A stretch of 24,530 nt of DNA from Tubulanus polymorphus (Eukaryota; Animalia; Nemertea), in the NCBI RefSeq assembly GCF_964204645.1, contig NC_134036.1, positions 6,652,574 to 6,677,103 of the forward strand, read 5' to 3'. The notes below the pieces were generated by a model, which searched no databases, was not told where the DNA came from, and was given only the letters and a program-made list of their open reading frames with translations. The translations under genes and the position numbers were made by a program. How positions within the stretch are numbered: position 1 is the first letter of the stretch; each line of letters opens with the position of its first letter. This document shows positions 19,651 to 24,530 of the stretch, one piece after another.

Positions 19651-22600
19651 CACGACCGTAGGCGTAATAGAAAAACGAATTCACCTTGACCTTAAACCGC
19701 GCACCTGCAAGCACCTATCCGCGCACCTGTGGAGCACCTGTTGAGGGCAAGTCGTTTACGTTAGCGTTATCGTAAAATCGTGTTTTTTGCAATATACCCG
19801 CCTAAGTTGATTTATTTGTCTCTCAATTAATAAATTAGCCGTATATTTTCCATCGAAATGATAAAATAATTGAAATACAATATGTTTGTATAAGGAAATA
19901 AACAACACGACACTGCGTCGTCAACCGGTCGCGGGTAGAAAAACATCGCAGTCAGCTGATTAGAATTGTGTGAATTTCGCGAAGTTCTTAGCGCAGTATT
20001 AGCTTTCAACATGGTTTCACTAAGTAATTCACGTCATATATTCTATAAGAGAATATGAATAACTAGCGATGGCCAACGATGAGAGGTAAGTTTCGATATT
20101 TAGGCTTCAAAAGATAAAAATTCCATGTGAAATAGTACGTGCGTCGTCAATTCAAATCAATCAATTTGACCTCAAATTAAAGTATCAATCGACAGCCACC
20201 TCAAACCGCATCATTAGTTGGCCAAGGGGTCTAGGCTGTGGTTTGGGTTGTCTGTGGTAGTCTATTATGACTTCAAAAAAGATAAGAATAAGAAACAATA
20301 AAAAGAGTTGATAGGCCTAAACATTAGTTTCCTGACTGGAGAGTTTCTGGGGTAGTTCCACAAGACTAATAATGATTTTATTCATATCCTTTCATTTCAG
20401 TTGATTGATGATCCTTACTTCATTGAATTATAGAGCAAAAGTCCGTTGACGACTAGCAAATTTGGATGATAAGACTGTCAATAACTGTGTTTAGCATCAA
20501 CGTTACAAGTAAGTGCCGTCTAGAATGCTGGGCTGTTGGCCTATCGTTGTAAGATTCTGGGGTTCATAGTCCTCTTTCTAGTTAGGTCTTTCTGGTGAAT
20601 ATGATAGGCTGGAATAGGCTGGAAAGGGGTGATGATCCATGATTTCATTATAATCAGGGACGGATCGTAATACCTGCCACCTATACTTATTAAAATGCTG
20701 ATTCGAAATGAATGATTTGGAGCATAGTGCATAATTTGAGAAAAGAATTTAAAGCTTTATTATCACGACATTGACCGTATTTCCATACAGTTGTGTCTGT
20801 TCACTTCCGTACACTATTCACGTTTCAGGATCTTACATAGCTACCTGCTGATCAGTAATGTCGACTCAATCAATTAGAGATTTATAGAAAAGCTTACCAC
20901 ATATTTCAAGGTAATTTGAAAAATATTTACACAATTGCTATCGAATTTTAACATGTATAGAGTTACAGGTGATTTACTCAGATAATTCAAGTTACATCAA
21001 AATCATTCGGCAATTTTCTGACACGATTTACATTTCTTTACAGATTTTCCATCGGCTAGACACTTCTTATAGAAACCGCCGCAACTGCATTTACGTGGAA
21101 CAGACGCCGGTTGCTCTAATGTTTTCGTCGCATACAAGGCCTGGTTTTGGAAGAGAAGTTTGGAGCGTAAAACATTGTCGCGTATGCTGCAAAATGTCCG
21201 ATTATCTCGATTGACACTAGCGTGTTTGCTTTCAAGAGCTTGCTCGCTGAACAAGCCAAGTGTTCCCCACATATTTACAAATTCGGGAACATGGTATACT
21301 AGAATATGGATTTTCGGAGTGATATTTACATTGGGAAATTTAGACGTAAAAAAGCGGCCAAAATCGTGGCATTGTGTTGTCATATTGGATATCTCGTCTT
21401 TAGAAAGAAACCGAGATGCGCTGTATAATCGATATAGCGAACGTAGTCGTTCGAACAACTCTTGGAACAAGGAACTAATCGATTCGTCGGGAATCACTTT
21501 GCATAATTTTTCCGCGTTGTTTAGCAACTTGTGAATATGATTCCCTACAAAACTATTGCTATGATACGCTTGACGATCAACGCCGATTTCTATCAGGACT
21601 TGATTTAATGTCTTACATAAAGGTCCCATTTGGGCCTGAACTTTACTGTACACAGCATTTAACTCACTTGATTTCTTTTGGAATTCCTTTTTTAACTCAA
21701 CTTGTCTGTATTTAAGGTTGGCCAGATTTTCAGTGATGCATCTGATGATTTTGTTGGCCGACAATTGTTTTCCTGTAAGGCATAGTTCACACTGAAAATC
21801 TGGACAATCTTCGATACACTGCTCATGGTACGGAGCGTCACATTTGATACAATATATATACCGATTCGGATTTGGATTCTCAATTGTCCTTATTAGACAA
21901 ATTTTCGATGTACACGAAACAACACATCGACCACGTCTATTAGCAGTAGTGAGTTTCTGTAAGTATTTGCATTTCGTATCAATACGACTTGAAAGATCAT
22001 TTAGTTCCTCTTGGACTTCCGATGTTTTTGTTGAAATTTCTTGCCAGGTTCTGTAAAGTGTTTCATCACGTTCCCCCAAAGATTCGTTGTCAAATTCTTG
22101 ACATTTTTTTTCTAACATGTTGAAAAATAGTAAGCCAAGTCCCAGGGAGATATGAAGTCCAGGAGGAACTAAATGATCGATATCCTGTAGGTGAAACATC
22201 TGAGCTTTCACTACACTTAAATTATTAGCACCTGGATTTGCTACATTCTGTTTATAGAGGGCAACTGATCGAGATTCAAATTTCACCGATTGTGGACAAT
22301 GTGGTGAGCCGTGGTGCTTTCTTAGGTCATCCAGCTTCACTTGACACCACAAACAGGGAAATTTGGCCGTTGAACCCTGGTGACCCATACATGTGCACAA
22401 AAAGGCAAGGTCACCAAATAGAAAAAAACGGATCGCGACGGCTACATATTTTCCATCACTATTTACAATATCTACACTAGAGATAGTCTTCATCTCATCA
22501 AATATTGGTGAGAAAACCTGCTCCATATTCTCATATGAATCTACAGCTTCAAAATACGCGATCATCTCTGTAAAGTCTGTACTATTGCACAATTTACAGT

Positions 22601-24530
22601 TGATAATTGAAAATACAAGTTTCGTACTACCTCCCCCCTTGTCCGCCCCAATCTTAATCCATATTTCACCATGAACCTCTGCAGGAAACAACAGTTGACC
22701 TTTTTCAGACAAACGTTTAATTTTTACAAGTAACTGAACACGGAAACTATTCACTTTAGCGTACGCAGTTGTTTTTCTCTCCGAGGTTCTCGAATTTACA
22801 ATCATTTCGGCTTGACCTACATCAAGATTGTTTTTTAAAGCTTCAGATCGACTGTTAATTTCCTCGCGCAGTTTGTCAGCTGATGGCAAAATATTGATAT
22901 TGTACAGTCGTAAAAGTTTTCCTAGTTCCAAAGACTGGGTCATTGTCAGTCGAAGATGCATTTTGATTTCAAGGTACTCTTGAGCAGTGAGCATCCGCGC
23001 TGGTTTCATATCGGGAATATGGGAAATAACCTTTTCTTTAATGGATGTGTCTTTTCTTAATAAGTACGATATTGTTTTGGCAGCATTTTCAATTGATTGG
23101 TCTTTATCTTTGGAGATGAATTGGATTATAAGTTTCAACAGGGATGCTCGCTTCTCAAGAGTTTTTTCACCAGCATCTAAGGATTGTATCTTCGGCTCAT
23201 CTAATTTGATGAAATAGTTGTAGTTGTCTCGGGATTTCGATTTATATGTATTTCGAGCTCTGAAAATTGTTTTGTCTTCGTCTCCATCACAGATGATCAG
23301 CGTATTTTTGTTCTGTTGGATACATTTGATAGTTTGAAGTTCCTGCTCCAGCTGACGCACTTTTTCCTTTAAATCTACATTTTCTTGGGAAATGGATGGC
23401 GGCGCTGGCTGTTTTTTAGGAGTTGAACTAGACTGATACGATATCTCATAAGATGACTCTGGTTCTGCAATATCTGAGTCAACGGGATTGATAGTAGTTG
23501 ATGCTGATGATATTGCACTTAGCTCGAGGGATTCGCTGGTACTCTCATCTGATTTAGCGCTGTTACGACTACCGATACACGATCCTATCAACAAATCAGG
23601 TTATAAAGCGAGCATTACTTAAATGTTTGTATATTTAATTTTGTTCCAAAATTTCAATGTTTGATATTTATTGATTTTTGCACTTATCTTGGATGTTATG
23701 AATGATTAAACGTTGTACTGTTTGTCAAATTATTAAGACAGTATTTTTTTTATTTCTTAATTGGGTGTTTATTAGTAATAACCTTTAATCTAAACTTAAC
23801 AAAAATGAAAGAATGAGGCAATAATGTACTTACAGTCTTTGCGTTGCTCCGTTGTATATAGTGAAATGTTGTAAATTTTTAGGGCAAAATAAATATTATC
23901 ATACATGTATACACTATCTATGGCTTGGTTATTCTGATTTTGTATTTTCACTCCAGGCTAGTCTTTGGTCCTCTTGGATTGGTGAAACAGTAGATCCTGC
24001 TTACTGGGGGCATTTGTCCTATGAAATTGTTCCAGTTTGTGTTCAGCAAATCATGATCGAATGAATCGAAACATGCCGCAGTAAATTTTGGTCCCGTCAA
24101 AAATTGAGTAGGTAACCCGATTTCCTGGATGTGAATGCCGACACGTTCGTTGTACAGTCAAATTTGCATCAATCGGATAGTATATCCCTAATTATTCCGA
24201 CTGAACCAGGTTTACACACATATTTTGGCCTAATTCTGGAATAAACTCATCCGGGTTGAGCAAGCTTTTGACTATCAAACGATGACGAAAGAAAAACAAA
24301 ATAACAAGAAAAAGAATGCAGAAGAGTTACAATTTAAATGATAATTATACTCCACTTTATTCCACAAAAAAAGAAACATTTTCATACAAAATATGGTCTC
24401 GAACAATGAAACAGCATCAAGATCAGAGGTTAACACTGGGATACGGAAATTGAAATCTCTTTCTGAACAAGTCTTAATGTATTTCTGCAGCGAAAACCTC
24501 TTTACTCTTTAACAAAGTATCTGCAATTAC
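19651..24530 (-). mobile_element. Cut-and-paste DNA transposon of the Transib/RAG/Chapaev-related group, inserted into the integrase; other end outside the window
   Basis: CACGACCG starts exactly at the integrase break. Four GCACCT subterminal repeats lie at ~19697-19742, and a transposase is encoded within. Confidence 0.7.
21003..23594 (-). CDS. RAG1-core/Transib-related DDE transposase with internal PHD-like finger and C-terminal Cys cluster; likely the last exon (acceptor at 23585)
   Basis: IKIGADKGG (D1), FLFGDLAF (D2), FPCLWC, PPGLHISLG, FVGNHIHKLL, ITPKIHILVYH and GLFSEQALESKH (E) are colinear with the RAG1 core motifs. The frame is open for ~860 codons. The TTG start is preceded by intron-like sequence ending TTGATAG. 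Confidence 0.88.
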   Translation of the reverse strand: MLIGSCIGSRNSAKSDESTSESLELSAISSASTTINPVDSDIAEPESSYEISYQSSSTPKKQPAPPSISQENVDLKEKVRQLEQELQTIKCIQQNKNTLIICDGDEDKTIFRARNTYKSKSRDNYNYFIKLDEPKIQSLDAGEKTLEKRASLLKLIIQFISKDKDQSIENAAKTISYLLRKDTSIKEKVISHIPDMKPARMLTAQEYLEIKMHLRLTMTQSLELGKLLRLYNINILPSADKLREEINSRSEALKNNLDVGQAEMIVNSRTSERKTTAYAKVNSFRVQLLVKIKRLSEKGQLLFPAEVHGEIWIKIGADKGGGSTKLVFSIINCKLCNSTDFTEMIAYFEAVDSYENMEQVFSPIFDEMKTISSVDIVNSDGKYVAVAIRFFLFGDLAFLCTCMGHQGSTAKFPCLWCQVKLDDLRKHHGSPHCPQSVKFESRSVALYKQNVANPGANNLSVVKAQMFHLQDIDHLVPPGLHISLGLGLLFFNMLEKKCQEFDNESLGERDETLYRTWQEISTKTSEVQEELNDLSSRIDTKCKYLQKLTTANRRGRCVVSCTSKICLIRTIENPNPNRYIYCIKCDAPYHEQCIEDCPDFQCELCLTGKQLSANKIIRCITENLANLKYRQVELKKEFQKKSSELNAVYSKVQAQMGPLCKTLNQVLIEIGVDRQAYHSNSFVGNHIHKLLNNAEKLCKVIPDESISSLFQELFERLRSLYRLYSASRFLSKDEISNMTTQCHDFGRFFTSKFPNVNITPKIHILVYHVPEFVNMWGTLGLFSEQALESKHASVNRDNRTFCSIRDNVLRSKLLFQNQALYATKTLEQPASVPRKCSCGGFYKKCLADGKSVKKCKSCQKIAE

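Noticed and set aside
23850-24300. Upstream transposase exon or a RAG2-like partner gene
   Set aside because: Only short interrupted frames; no kelch, PHD or zinc-finger motif could be supported here or in 19750-21000.

Overview
Eukaryotic (invertebrate-like) repeat-rich DNA made of nested mobile elements. Left to right: (1) 1-3127, a GC/CpG-rich higher-order satellite of ~108-bp hairpin monomers; (2) ~4580-6080, a decayed intron-containing tyrosine-recombinase (YR) gene with a zinc-finger exon, cut off by a G-rich hexamer tract; (3) ~6250-8400, a non-coding region with tRNA-like Pol III A/B-box units; (4) ~8500-19650, a fossil Polinton/Maverick (adintovirus-like) endogenous virus. Besides core genes (protein-primed PolB, packaging ATPase, pX-like core precursor, rve integrase) it carries a TATA-binding protein homolog, a spliced tandem-PC4 protein, C2H2 zinc fingers apparently spliced in frame onto PolB, a YY1/E-box motif cluster and a second intron-rich YR gene; (5) 19651-end, a CAC-terminated DNA transposon that interrupts the integrase and encodes an open RAG1/Transib-related transposase with an internal PHD-like finger. 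Family assignments come from motif recognition by eye and introns are predicted from splice signals and frame; no database searches were run.
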